The notes under the pieces: generated by a model
Told to the model about the DNA's origin: nothing
Seen by the model: only the letters and a program-made list of their open reading frames with translations
The model's database searches: none
Assembly: GCA_002269645.1 (NCBI GenBank)
Contig: NIVC01001425.1
Location: 227,478-291,477, forward strand
DNA length: 64,000 nt
Direction: 5' to 3'
Source: Macrostomum lignano
Lineage: Eukaryota
Program-made: the position numbers and the translations under genes
Shown here: positions 34,655-49,382 of the stretch, piece after piece
How positions within the stretch are numbered: the stretch's first letter is position 1
Layout: the number at the start of each line of letters is the position of its first letter

Positions 34655-36965
34655 CTTAAAATCGCCTCTTTTCCACCCTGAATCACCCTAAACTGCCCTA
34701 AGAATCGACATTGAGAATCGCCCTAAACCGCCCTAATAATCGCCATTGAGAATCACCGTAAACCGCCCTAAGAATCGCCCTAAACCGTCTTGAGAATCGC
34801 CCTAAACCGCCCTAAGAATCGCCATTGAGAATCGCCCTAAACTGCCATAGAAATCGCTATTAAGAATCGCCTTAAACCGTCTTGAGAATCGCCGTAAACC
34901 GCCCTAAAAATCGCCATTGAGAATCGCCCTTAACTGCCCTAAGAATCGCCCTAATCTGTCCTAAGAGTCGCCATTGAGAATCGCCCTAATCTGCCCTAAG
35001 AATCGCCATTGAGAATCGCCCTAAACTGCCCTAAGAATCGCCATTGAGAATCGCCCTAAACTGCCCTAAGAATCGCCATTGAGAATCGCCCTAAACCGCC
35101 CTGAGAATCGCCGTAAACCGCCCTAAAAATCGCCATTGAGAATCGCCCTTAACTGCCCTAAGAATCGCCATTGAGAATCGCCCTTAACTGCCCTAAGAAT
35201 CGCCATTGAGAATCGTCCTAAACTGCCATAGAAATCGCTATTAAGAATCGCCTTAAACCGTCTTGAGAATCGCCGTAAACCGCCCTAAAAATCGCCATTG
35301 AGAATCGCCCTTAACTGCCCTAAGAATCGCCCTAATCTGTCCTAAGAGTCGCCATTGAGAATCGCCCTAATCTGCCCTAAGAATCGCCATTGAGAATCGC
35401 CCTAAACTGCCCTAAGAATCGCCATTGAGAATCGCCCTAAACTGCCCTAAGAATCGCCATTGAGAATCGCCCTAAACCGCCCTGAGAATCGCCGTAAACC
35501 GCCCTAAAAATCGCCATTGAGAATCGCCCTTAACTGCCCTAAGAATCGCCATTGAGAATCGCCCTTAACTGCCCTAAGAATCGCCATTGAGAATCGTCCT
35601 AAACTGCCATAGAAATCGCTATTAAGAATCGCCTTAAACCGTCTTGAGAATCGCCGTAAACCGCCCTAAAAATCGCCATTGAGAATCGCCCTTAACTGCC
35701 CTAAGAATCGCCCTAATCTGTCCTAAGAGTCGCCATTGAGAATCGCCCTAATCTGCCCTAAGAATCGCCATTGAGAATCGCCCTAAACTGCCCTAAGAAT
35801 CGCCATTGAGAATCGCCCTAAACCGCCCTGAGAATCGCCGTAAACCGCCCTAAAAATCGCCATTGAGAATCGCCCTTAACTGCCCTAAGAATCGCCATTG
35901 AGAATCGCCCTTAACTGCCCTAAGAATCGCCCTAATCTGCCCTAAGAATCGCGATTGAGAATCGCCGTAAACCGCCCTAAGAATCGCCATTCAGAATCGC
36001 CCTAAACTGCCCTAGGAATCGCTATTGAGAATCGCCGTAAACCGCCCTTAAAATCGCCATTGAGAATCGCCGTAAACCGCCCTAAGAATCGCCATTGAGA
36101 ATCGCCGTAAACTGCCTTAAGAATCGCCATTGAGAATCGCCGTAAACTGCCTTAAGAATCGTCATTGAGAATCGCCCTAAACCGCTTTAAGAATCGCCAT
36201 TGAGAATCGCCCTAAACTGCCCTAAGAATCGCCATTCAGAATCGCCCTAAACCGCCCTAAGAATCGCCATTGAGAATCGCCCTAAACTGCCCTAAGAATC
36301 GCCATTGAGAATCGTCCTAAACCGCCTTTAGAATCACCCTAAACTGCCCTAAGAATCGCCATTGAGAATCGCCCTAAACCGCCCTAAGAATCGCTATTGA
36401 GAATCGCCGTAAACCGCCCTAAGAATCGCCATTCAGAATCGCCCTAAACTGCCCTAGGAATCGCTATTGAGAATCGCCGTAAACCGCCCTTAAAATCGCC
36501 ATTGAGAATCGCCGTAAACCGCCCTAAGAATCGCCATTGAGAATCGCCGTAAACTGCCTTAAGAATCGCCATTGAGAATCGCCGTAAACTGCCTTAAGAA
36601 TCGTCATTGAGAATCGCCCTAAACCGCCCTAAGAATCGCCATTGAGAATCGCCCTAAACTGCCCTAAGAATCGCCATTGAGAATCGTCCTAAACCGCCTT
36701 TAGAATCACCCTAAACTGCCCTAAGAATCGCCATTGAGAATCGCCCTAAACCGCCCTAAGAATCGCCATTGAGAATCGCCCTAAACTGCCCTAAGAATCG
36801 CCATTGAGAATCGTCCTAAACCGCCTTTAGAATCACCCTAAACTGCCCTAAGAATCGCCATTGAGAATCGCCCTAAACCGCTTTAAGAATCGCCATTGAG
36901 AATCGCCCTAAACCGCTTTAAGAATCGCCATTGAGAATCGCCCTAAACCGCCCTGAGAATCGCCT
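34655..36965. repeat. About 35-bp satellite (AATCGCCCTAAACCGCCCTAAGAATCGCCATTGAG) with higher-order blocks
   Basis: Tandem units; diagnostic variants recur at 381-bp and 442-bp periods. Confidence 0.95.
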
Positions 36966-37664
36966 GTCAGCACACAACAGTTTTGTCAGGGGAAAAGTTG
37001 AAGAGAAAGGGATTAGTGTCGGCATCCGCTATGCGGCAGGTACCGCCATCGCCCAGCGCAGCCCGCTATCGATTGAGCATGATAACTTGAGGCAGGAAAT
37101 AATTGCTGTTGGCTAAACTCACTCGCTAAGAGAAAAATCGCTAAGCAGGGGCTGGGCGAGGCGCTTAAATAATGGACGGACTGTTGGCAGGGGAGGGGAG
37201 GGGGCAGTTTTGGGAGGGGACCCCGGGCCCCGGCCGCCACTCTGCCGGCCCAGAGAGAGGAGAAGTATCGATAATCATTAATTTCTCTTAGTTTTCCCAT
37301 TAGCGTTGGGATAATGAGAGGCTGGGGGAAACTAGGCCCAGATTTTCATTGATTTTCGCCATCTTACTTTTCCCTTCTCCGTTACCCCCCCCCCCGTCTC
37401 CGGCGCGTCGCGCTTCGGTTGCCCATCCGCGGCATTCCCACGCTGGAATTGAAACAGCAGCTCCTTGTATGTCTCTCTTTTAGAAGAAGAAAGTGGAACA
37501 GCGGTGGCCCTGTGCTGCTGAATGATCGATTTTCAGCTCCTTCATTCCTAGATTGCAGGCTCCTCAAATTTTCCTGGCACCACCAGGTTGCGTGCTCGTC
37601 CTTTCACCTTTTCGAAAATTTGTTTACCTGATTCAGCTAATGGGTTGTTTTTCAATGTCGAGTT

Positions 37665-38350
37665 AGATTAGGGCAGAGGATTATCAATATGCAGGTAGAT
37701 TAAGGCAGAGGATTATCCAATATGCAGGTAGATTAAGGCAGAGGATTATCCAATATGCAGGTAGATTAAGGCAGAGGATTATTCAATATGGAGGTAGATT
37801 AAGGCAGAGGATTATCCAATATGCAGGTAGATTAAGGCAGAGGATTATCCAATATGCAGGTAGATTAAGGCAGAGGATTATCCAATATACAGGTAGATTA
37901 GGGCAGAGGATTATCCAATATGCAGGTAGATTAGGGCAGAGGATTATCCTATATCCAGGTAGATTAAGGCAGAGGATTATCCTATATCCAGGTAGATTGG
38001 GGCAGAGGATTATCCAATATGCAGGTAGATTAGGGCCGAGGATTATCCAATATGCAGGTAGATTAAGGCAGAGGATTATCCAATATCCAGGTAGATTAAG
38101 GCAGAGGATTATCCAATATCGATGGAGATTAAGGCAGAGGATTATCCAATATCCAGGTAGATTAAGGCAGAGGATTATCCAATATCCAGGTAGATTTAGG
38201 CAGAGGATTATCCAATATTAAGTAGATTAAGGCAGAGGATTATCCAATATCCAGGTAGATTAAGGCAGAGGAGTATCCTATATCCAGGTAGATTAAGGCA
38301 GAGGATTATCCAATATCCAGGTACATTAAGGCAAGGGATTTCCCAATATC
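37665..38350. repeat. 33-bp minisatellite (GCAGGTAGATTAAGGCAGAGGATTATCCAATAT)
   Basis: Tandem units seen directly. Confidence 0.95.
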
Positions 38351-39284
38351 CTAGATGACCTATATAGGTTTAAACAAGTCCTGACAGGACATTGCAACCA
38401 TCCATCGTTTCACTTCTGCACGCTCGGAAATCTACTGCAGCAGGCAAATCTGCGTTTTTTATTCTACCGGGCAACCGCTGCCAAACTTTTGCTTCTAGGA
38501 GAAAGTAATTTTCTTCAAGAACCCGAGGTAGCCAGCCAGGAAAGGGAGTGAAGTGGCAACAGCCGCGTCAGGCAATGAATTTTCGAATTAGTAAACAAAA
38601 GCGCTTGGATGAAGTGAGAAGGCTGGCTTTTTGCTTCTCGGACCAGAGTGGACTCAGTTTTTCAACCTGGAAAAGGAGAGATTTTTCACGGCAAGAGGAG
38701 ATGGATTTTTTGACTGGTTAAAGACGTTCGCATGCCACTAATCAGAGACCAGGTTCTCCTCTTTGTTGCGGGCTGAATATTAAATGAAGCAATCTTGCCA
38801 CAAATCCTTTTCTCTTAACCAACGCAGCTCTTAATCTTGATGAAGCTGCCGCATGGCAGTGGTGTTCCAGCGTCACCTGCTCAGTCTTGAACCCTCTTGG
38901 GTTAGCCTGCCAGAAATACTTCAGGTAGAAAGAGATTCTCTCTGCTGCCGTGCACGTGGCCGCGTTCTGGACAGCTCTGCGTTGAACTGTCAGATTCCCA
39001 GGCAATGCCGATCAAGAGGGGGCATGCTTATACTAAATATTATGCTATAATTTTATAGCTTCTATTGAGCTGTGAACTGATGAAGCTTTGGATCTGTTTG
39101 GGATTGGGCGTTTAGATTTATGGGAAAGATATGGGAGTTAGTGCGAGATATGGAGAGTGAGAGGTGAGATGGGAAATAGGTACGGGGGTGAGAGAGGGAG
39201 AGGTAATAGATACGGGAGTAGAGGCTATAGATATCACATTAGAGGGAATAGAAATGGAAGTAGAGGCTATAGATACGGCAGTAG

Positions 39285-39778
39285 AGGGAATATATACGGG
39301 AGAAGGATACGGAGGGAATGGGGAATTGGATACGGAGGGACAGAGGGGATAGATACGGAGGGACAGAGGGAATAGATACGGAGGGACAGAGGGAATAGAT
39401 ACGGAGGGAGTGGGGGAATAGATACGGAGGGACAGAGGGAATAGATACGGAGGGAGTGGGGGAACAGATACGGAGGGACAGAGGAAATAGATACAAGAGG
39501 GAGTGGTGGAATAGATACGGAGGGACAGGGGGAATAGATAAGGAGGGACAGGTGGAATAGATACGGAGGGACAGAGGAAATAGATACAGAGGGAGTGGGG
39601 GAATATATACAAAGGGAGTGGGGGAACAGATACGGAGGGACAGAGGGAATAGATACGGAGGGACAGAGGGAATAGATACGGAGGGACAGAGGGAATAGAT
39701 ACGGAGGGACAGAGGGAATAGATACGGAGGGAGTGGGGGAACAGATACGGAGGGACAGAGGGAACAGATACGGTGGGG
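39285..39778. repeat. 23-bp purine-rich minisatellite (AGATACGGAGGGACAGAGGGAAT)
   Basis: Tandem units with diverged flanks from about 39120. Confidence 0.92.
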
Positions 39779-40449
39779 AGAGAAGGAGATAAGTGAATAG
39801 AGAGACAAGATGTGAGATAGATACATGTATTATGGAGAGAGGAGTTGGGCTATAGTGAGAAAGGCACTTGGAGAATTGTATAGCTGTCCAAGTGAAGGCG
39901 TGAACCATATTCCGACTATGAGACCGCAAGCGGTGCAGATTGCATTGAGCTTGGAGAGAGAAACTCTGATCGTAACTCCAGCAGCGCCCAGATCGAAGGG
40001 TCACGCATATTGGAATGTCTGACTGACAACTTAACTCTCCTCCTCCTCCTCGCGCGTGTTTGACCAACTAATTATGAAGCCGAGCTGCTGCTACTGCTGG
40101 CAGGCAATTGCACATGTTATTTGCCAGGCTGGCGAGTGTGGGTACCCTCCATCTTGTTTAATTCGTTAAGCTGCTGAGAAGCTGATAAGCCACGAAAGCC
40201 GAAGGGGGGTGCGAAAGAAGCCTGGATAGCTAGTCTTGAAGTTTTAATAACTCCTTGGAGAGTTGCTTGCTCCAGGAGAATATTTCTCAGGCCTGTGAAT
40301 GGAAATCCTTCCACAGTGCCTAGCCAAGCCCCTTAGCGACTGTGTATTGCTGTACCATACAGGAGTTTTGTAGCTGCAGTTTTAGTACTTTGAATTCTTT
40401 GGCTAAATGCGCGCCAATTTTGTGTCAGGGAGTGCCGATTTGGGTTGAG

Positions 40450-40678
40450 TCAGGAAGCGCCATACCGGGTGTCAAGAAGCGCCAAACTGGGTGTCAGGAA
40501 GCGCCATACCGGGCGTCAGGAAGCGCCATGTCGGGTGTCAAGAAGCGCCATACTGAGTGCCAGGGAAGCGCCATACCGGGCGTCAGGAAACGCCATACCG
40601 GGTGTCAGGAAGCGCCAAACTGGGTGTCAGGAAGCGCCAAACTGGGTGTCAGGAAGCGACATACTGGGTGTCAGGGGC
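40450..40678. repeat. 22-bp minisatellite (GGTGTCAGGAAGCGCCATACCG)
   Basis: About 10 diverged tandem units. Confidence 0.88.
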
Positions 40679-41871
40679 GTCTCAATCTCCGGCATCCCCT
40701 CGCCGTCAGGTTCTGCCGCCCCCAATCAGGCAAGCTGTCACCCCGTTGAGCCCAGGAGATGTACAGCGGACCTTTTCACTTGCGAGCTGCTGCTACAAAT
40801 AATTAATTAAACAATAGATAGCGTCAAATTAGACCATAACTTCGTACCTTGACTTGAGTTGATAGCCCAGCGGCCGTCTGCTCTGAGCACTTGCCGAGAA
40901 GTTGATTTGCACTCGCCTCCACCGTAGTTGCTGCTGCAGCCGCAGCCGCCAGTCCCCCAGTTACATAGTGGCCGCTTGGGGTGGTGGTCGGCCTCCAGGG
41001 GGGTTGCAGCCAGAAGCAATTCGATAAAATTGAAATCCTATATTAGTTCTTTAAAACTGGCCTTGCTTCCCCGCATCCGCACCCCGCGCTGCATCGAACA
41101 GGCAGTTAACGGGAATCGTTAGTCCTGGGGACAATAATCCCCCTCCGCGACCCTCCCTCCCTCTCTCCCACTGCGGTGGCAGCGGCTGGCGGCTCGATTT
41201 ATCGAAGGAACTTAAAAGAAACACAGGCAGCTGGAGCGGAGCTTTGTTGTCCGACAGGCATCATCTCCCCGCATCCCTGACCTCAGCTGCCGCACAACCC
41301 CATTCGCCGTCATCAAAGTCAGAAAATGCCGTAGCAGGAAAGAAAGAAACACAAAGCAAAAACTGGCGGAGGAGGGGTTGGGGCGGCGATCAAATCGAAG
41401 GGATTTTTTTCCCAGTTCGCCCACTGAGCAGCCGACTGTGGGATATCCGATACCGCAGACAGGCGCAGATCCCCAGAAAAAGAGGGCTAGCATCGATCTA
41501 CTCAGCGGAGATGAGGAAGGGAGCCTCAGAGAGGGGAGGGAGGGGAGCAGAAACGGCCCAGGGCGTTCTTTCTTGGAATCTGCGGATCTTCTTGTCCTGG
41601 CATTGGGCTTGACTGACTCTCTCTCTCTCTCTGTGTCTGAGCAAATCTGTGATTTTTCTTTAATTCAATACCCCTCCGCCTCAGTTTCATTTACAGTCGG
41701 GTAGGTTCCGCCCGTTACTCTTTGCCTACCTGTTTGAGCGGCTGCGAGACCGGGAGCCGCCCCTATTGCTCAGGGCTGGCTGGTTGTCAGGGTGTCAGGA
41801 GCGCCAAAAAAGGGTTTTTGTTTACGGCTCTAGGAGGATTCAGGGGCGCCAAAGGAATGTCAGAATTTGTC

Positions 41872-42215
41872 ACTAGTGTCAGGGGTGTCACTAGAGTGTC
41901 AGGGGTGTCACTAGAGTGTCAGGGGTGTCACTAGAGTGTCAGGGGTGTCACTAGAGTGTCAGGGGTGTCACTAGAGTGTCAGGGGTGTCACTAGAGTGTC
42001 AGGGGTGTCACTAGAGTGTCAGGGGTGTCACTAGAGTGTCAGGGGTGTCACTAGAGTGTCAGGGGTGTAACTAGAGTGTCAGGAGTGTCACTAGAGTGTC
42101 AGGGGTGTCACTAGAGTGTCAGGGGTGTCGCTAGAGTGTCAGCGGTGTCACTAGTGTCAGGGGTGTCACTAGAGTCAGGGGTGTCACTGTAGAGTGTCAG
42201 GGGTATCACTAGAGT
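41872..42215. repeat. 19-bp minisatellite (GTGTCACTAGAGTGTCAGG + G)
   Basis: Tandem units seen directly. Confidence 0.95.
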
Positions 42216-42803
42216 CAGGGAAGTGTCAGTGTCAGCTGTATCCCGAGCACCATGTCTGACCCATAGAAAGCGGCCAGATTCTTCTGTGCTTGGGTTTTCG
42301 GATTGGCAAAACAAGGCAGACTCCGCACTCCCTGCTCCAGTTTCATACCCGAATGTGTTCTGTTACGGGTTGAAAAGAGCTGGTGGAAATATTGTTGAGC
42401 TCAAAATATAGCCGGTCAATACCAAGGGTGCCTGAACTGTGGGCTGATTAAAAGATAACAAGTGCCACTTTAAATAGGCTTGTTAGCAGAAAAGCTTTGT
42501 AGGGTTGCTGCATTGACGCCGCAGTCCCCTCTCTTGGCCGCCGTAATTTGCTGCTCAAACAGTGCGCTCTCTGGATATGGAAATGAGGAGAGCGCACTGA
42601 GGACCAATTGAATGCTGCTGTGTTTTCCTGTGTGCTTCCCTTCTGCTGGCGTGGTGCAGATTAATTATTAACTTAATTAATATTGGCTACTTTCGTTAGC
42701 TGGAGCCGCGGGCAAGTGCCGGCTCAAGATAAGTGTCAAGACGGCTTTGGCAACTGATCAGCGAGTTTGCAGGAATTCTGCTGTGCTTGTCCACTTCAGC
42801 TGG

Positions 42804-43832
<1,029 letters not shown>

Positions 43833-44559
43833 CGACAGCAACAGGATATTGCTGTGCCGCACTCTTCCCCACTCCCAATCCCATTGTCTTTCACTCGTAG
43901 ACGGGTTCGCGTGGAGGCTGAAGATGGAGAGGAGAGACACAGGGTGTCAACAATATCGGATTGCTTGGAGGCCAGCCTGAGCACGGGACCCACTCCATTC
44001 AATTTTTTGTCTCGGCCCTTTATGCTCGAGTAAACTTTGAGCGCCGCGGGAGGCGGATAGGCGATGCCGGGCAGACAGAGAGAAGTTTTACGAAATTCAA
44101 TCCCTTGTAGAGTTCCGCAGCCGCCCCCCTTCCCACTCCGGTGTTTTTGCAAATCTCCCATCTTAATTCTTGGCTTCTCTTGTCTCCTGTCTCTGTAGTC
44201 CGCCATGATTATTCTCAGAGCAGAGTTCATCCCCCACTTGGTTTTCAGCCTACCGTCCCACCGCATAATCCCCCACGTCTTTCGGCGCATCCTCTCTGAT
44301 CCCCAGGATGGGGTGGCTTAAATACCTTCGAGGCTTCGGTAAATCCCTTGGCATTTTGGGGGATTTTACCCCCCCCCCCTCTGTCCGCTAGCGTTGCAGT
44401 ATTAATTTCCAATTATTTTTCCCATTTGCTTAAGACTGGGATTTTTGCCGTAGGGCCTGAGCTTAGAGAGATTTCTTTAGAAAAGTGTTTAGTCGAGTGT
44501 TTAAAAACTAAAATCATCGTTAGGGCAGCAAATCTTGTGTTTAATCATTTAGTTGAGTG

Positions 44560-45295
44560 TTTAGGCATGAAAGCGAATGTTTAAGTATCAAAAGTGAGGG
44601 CTTAAAATCGAAGTGAGTGTTTAAGCATCATAATAAGGTGTTAAGCATCAAAATCGAGTGTTTAAGTATCATAATAAGTGTTTAAGTATCATAATAAGTG
44701 TTTAAGTATCATAATAAGTGTTTAAGCGTAAGTGTTTAAACATAAGAGTGAGTATTTAAGCATCGAAGTGAGTTTATATGCATCAAAATTTAGTGTTTAA
44801 GCATAATAGAGTGTAAGCATAATGGTGTTTAAGAATAAGAGTGAATGTTTAAGCATCATAATAGAATGTTTAAGCATCATAATAGAATGTTTAAGCATCA
44901 TAATAGAATGTTTAAGCATCATAATAGAATGTTTAAGCATCAAAATAGAATGTTTAAGCATCATAAAAGAATGTTTAAGCATCATATAGAATGTTTAAGC
45001 ATCATATAGAATGTTTAAGCATCATAATAGAATGTTTAAGCATCATAATAGAATGTTTAAGCATCATAATAGAATGTTTAAGCATCATAATAGAATGTTT
45101 AAGCATCATAAAAGAATGTTTAAGCATCATATAGAATGTTTAAGCATCATATAGAATGTTTAAGCATCATAATAGAATGTTTAAGCATCAAAATAGAATG
45201 TTTAAGCATCATAAAAGAATGTTTAAGCATCATATAGAATGTTTAAGCATCATATAGAATGTTTAAGCATCATAATAGAATGTTTAATCATAAAA
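44560..45295. repeat. 21-bp AT-rich minisatellite (GTTTAAGCATCATAATAGAAT)
   Basis: Tandem units, more diverged at the left end. Confidence 0.93.
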
Positions 45296-46289
45296 GGTTT
45301 CAGATGACGCAATCTTATACACCAGCCTGTTAGGGCTAAACAATTTTTGTTTAATTTTTTAATTTCTAGATAATGACAACTTTCAGCTTTGAACAAATGA
45401 ACTTTAAAGCTTCGATCAGTAACTCCACAGTGCATTCGGCAAGGACACGGAGATAAAGAGATAATATCAAGGAATGAGCATTTCTTAACAGTTCATTTAA
45501 GCATCCCTTGTGTCGCGATCAGCTGAAAGAGACAATTTTATTGTTTGCACGACTCAGCGAGTCGCAGAAGCAGCAGCAGCAACAGCAGCAACAGCAGCAG
45601 CAGCAACAGCAGCAACAGGTCTCACCTGACCGGCATAAAGGAAGCAGCCAGCGGAACTGTTGAGAACAGTTCTCAAACTGGCTCACTGCTGCTGCTCGCT
45701 TCCTGACTCCCTGCCCGGCGTGTTGCGAGATCTTCTGCTTCTTTGGGGGGGGGGGTGGAGGATGATGAGGCAGAGCCAGAAGCTGGGACTGAGTCGCAGC
45801 TTGGTCATGCTTGGCGGAGTCTGCAGTAGGAAATGAATGACAGAAGAAGCAGAGAGGGGAAAAAGAGTAGGCAAAAAGTCGGTTTGGGTAAGGTGAGTTT
45901 TTCACCTACTCAGGCTTAGGGAAAAACCTTGGGTAGCCCCTGCGCAATAAAAAAAGCCTATCAAGAAATTTACGCCAAAATTTTAATTGCTCCGTCGGCT
46001 CGACACCCACCGGCTGTGGGATAAAATCAGCACCTGTCAACAGTTATGAGCCAGCGGGTTTATTACTTATTAATAGGCAATTCTCTACCGCTGTCACGGT
46101 TTGTTTCATTCTTAGAGAAAATAAGTTGGGGCCTGCCAGCACTGCCGCTTGTCAATCCAATTGGCTTTGTAGCATTTTCGGCGCTTTCAGTCTACGGATC
46201 TCGGCTGCATATATGAGAAAAATTTGCTGCCTTGGTTCCGTTTTTATGCTAAGTTTAGTTAGCATTTTTGTTTATCTTATTTCTGATTT

Positions 46290-46920
46290 CTTCTTATTTC
46301 ATCTCTCCCGCTCTTCTCTATCCTCTCTTCTCCCCTTTCTTCTCTCTTCTGTCCTCTCCCCTCTCCTCTCTTCTCTCTCCTCTCTCCTCTCCTCTCTTCT
46401 CTCTCCTCTCTTCTCGCGCCTCTCTTCTCTCTCCTCTCCTCTCTTCTCTCCCCCCTCTCCTCTCCTCTCTTCTCTCTCATCTCCTCTCTCCTCTCTTCTC
46501 TCTCATCTCCTCTCTCCTCTCTCCTCTCTTCTCTCTCCTCTCCTCTCTCCTCTCTCCTCTCTTCTCTCTCCTCTCCTCTCTCCTCTCTCCTCTCTTCTCT
46601 CTCCTCTCTTCTCTCTCCTCTCCTCTCTTCTCTCTCATCTCCTCTCTCCTCTCTCCTCTCTTCTCTCTCCTCTCCTCTCTCCTCTCTCCTCTCTTCTCTC
46701 TCCTCTCCTCTCTCCTCTCTTCTCTCTCCTCTCTTCTCTCCTCTCCTCTCTCCTCTCTCCTCTCCTCGCTTCTCTCTCCTCTACTCTACTCTCTCTCTCT
46801 TCTCATTTCTCTTCCCTCTACACTCTTCTCTTCTCTGCTCTCTCTCTCTCTTCTCTCTAATATTCTCTTCTCTCCCCTCTCCCTCTCTCCTCTCTCCTCT
46901 CTTCTTTCTCTTCTCTCTCC
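46290..46920. repeat. CT-only homopyrimidine tract
   Basis: Seen directly. Confidence 0.95.
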
Positions 46921-47759
46921 CGTTATAATTTTCCTTGTATATCCTCTCAAACTCCTCTCTCGCTGTCTTCCAGCTTTCGCTGATCCGCCCCGAAGCGGCA
47001 CCCAGATCCGGAGCTGGCTTTGGACAACTTTGCTGGCTGCTGCTGCTGCCCAGCTCAGCTCAGCAACCCAGCCGCGGCCCAGCTCAAATCGCTGTCTATC
47101 TGCATATCCAAAGTTCTCATGCTCTCCGACTTAGCCTCGGGGGTTGGTGGATCCTCCACAGTCTCCTCCCTCACCAACGGCACCCAAAGGCTGGACAGAA
47201 TTTCAAAACAAGGCCATGCAAGATCGGAACCGTATTTTGTGACTCGAACCTGCGCAAGCAAGAAGCCAGCAAGGGTGGAGTGCCGGCCGGGCCCCTGTCA
47301 GAGATTCGGCTTACACAGACTGGGCCCGCCTCCGGGCAGACAGAAAGCTGGTGTGGTGGGACAGCTTTGATAGACCGGGGGGGGGGGTATGCCATACCGC
47401 ATATCGACTGTCGCCACGTGCGCTCCCTTCGAATCTCCTCCCCTCCAGAGTGTCGGCTTGCGCAACAGCTCACGCCGCCTCATCACCGCCTGTGGCTGCT
47501 CGTTAATTATTGAAAATTTATCCCGAGGGGAAGAGAGGAGGGGGAGAGAGAGCGGCAATGAGGCGGTTGGCAAGGGGAAGCGAGCGCATCACAAAGTCAA
47601 CTCCCCTTACTGCGGAGCTGTTTCTGGCGCTTCGGGGCGGGATTCGAGATTTCTTGTCTCATTAACCGCTCACTCGGCATTGGATTGGAGATGCGAGACA
47701 CTCTCCGGTTTCTCTCCGAGCTATTTGTTGTCATCTTTTAGTGACAGCGTAAACAATAA

Positions 47760-48119
47760 GAAACAACAAAGATAGCAACAGAGAAAACAACAGCAAAGCT
47801 ACAACAACAATGTCAACGACAACAACCAGGAAAACGACAATAACAATAACAACAGCAACAACAACAACAACAACAACAACAATAGCAACAATAAAAACAA
47901 AAACAACAACAGCAGCAACAACAGAGACAACAACAATAACACCAACAACAACACCAACAACAACAACACCACCAACAAAAAAACAACAACAACAACAACA
48001 ACAACAATCGCAACAATAAAAACAAAAACAACAACAGCAGCAACAACAGAGACAACAACAATAACACCAACAACAACACCAACAACAACAACACCACCAA
48101 CAAAAACACCACCACCACC

Positions 48120-48209
<90 letters not shown>

Positions 48210-48255
48210 AGCAACAAGAAGAAGAAAAACAATAAAGACAAAAACAACAATAAAA
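47760..48255. repeat. (ACA)n microsatellite with an internal duplication
   Basis: Seen directly. Confidence 0.95.
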
Positions 48256-48954
48256 ATAAAACTCTGTCAAAAACGGTCCTACGTTAAAAAAAATAACTAC
48301 TGCGACGCCAAAAACCAGCCTCAAAAAACATTTCACAATGGCTGTTCAAATTATGTATAATGCGTATGTGTACACTTTACGTCAATGCAAAAAAAGCTTT
48401 CTTTTTTAACAGAATTAACAAGAAAAACAGAAAAGTTTTTTAACTTCATCCCGTTTATTAACTCCAAGTGACTGAGGCTGGAGGGGGGCAGAGACGGAGC
48501 GATGACCAGGCATCATCAACTTCGTCAACGTCTAGTGTTTCCGAAAGATCATGAGAGAAGAGCCCTCCTCGCTCCCCCCATGGGAAGCGGAGGAGTGGAA
48601 GAGCAAAACTTGATCCTGAGCGCCCTTTTCTCTCTTCCTAATTATCCTAGGATCTGCGCGCCCACCAGGTGACTGTTGCTCGCACTGGAGCCCGCCTCCT
48701 TCATCATGTCTAACTATAACTGAATTGAGTCACTGTTGAGTGAGAATAAAAAAAGTCTAGCCATGCAGGAATGCAGGCAGTTAAGGATCTAATTGTGTCC
48801 AGACTTCTTCTGATCCTCTTGCCTTTACTGCTCAACTGTGCTCAGCCCACTTGCTGCCTCTTTAGCCTTCTTTCCAGTCGCTTTGGTTCGCAATTCAATC
48901 TTTGACCCTGGCGCTGCACCACGTTAAGAGTAACTCACCAATAAACTCTAATCT

Positions 48955-49382
48955 CTGTTCCTTCTCTCCGCCTCTCCTCTCTCCCTTATCCTCTCTCCTC
49001 TTATGTCTCCTCTCCTCTCTCCCTTCTCCTCTCTTCTCTCTCCTCTCTCCTCTCTCCCTTCTCCTCTCTCCCTTCTCCTCTCTCCCTTCTCCTCTCTCCC
49101 CTTTTCTTTCTTCTCTCTCCTCTTTTCTCTCTCCTCTCTCTTCTTCTCTCTCCTCTCTCCCATTCTCTCTCCTCTCTCATCTCTCCCTTTTCCTCTCTCC
49201 CCTTTTCTCTCTCCTCTCTCCTCTTTTCTCTCTCCTCTCTCCCCTTTTCGTTCTCCTCTCTCCCCTCTTCTCTCTCCTCTCTCCTTTTCTCTCTCATCTC
49301 TCCTCTTTTTCTCTCTTCTCTCTCCTCTTCCCTCCCTCTCTCTCTTCCTTCTCCTCTCTCCTCTCTCTTTTCTCTTCTCTCC
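48955..49382. repeat. CT-only homopyrimidine tract
   Basis: Seen directly. Confidence 0.95.
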
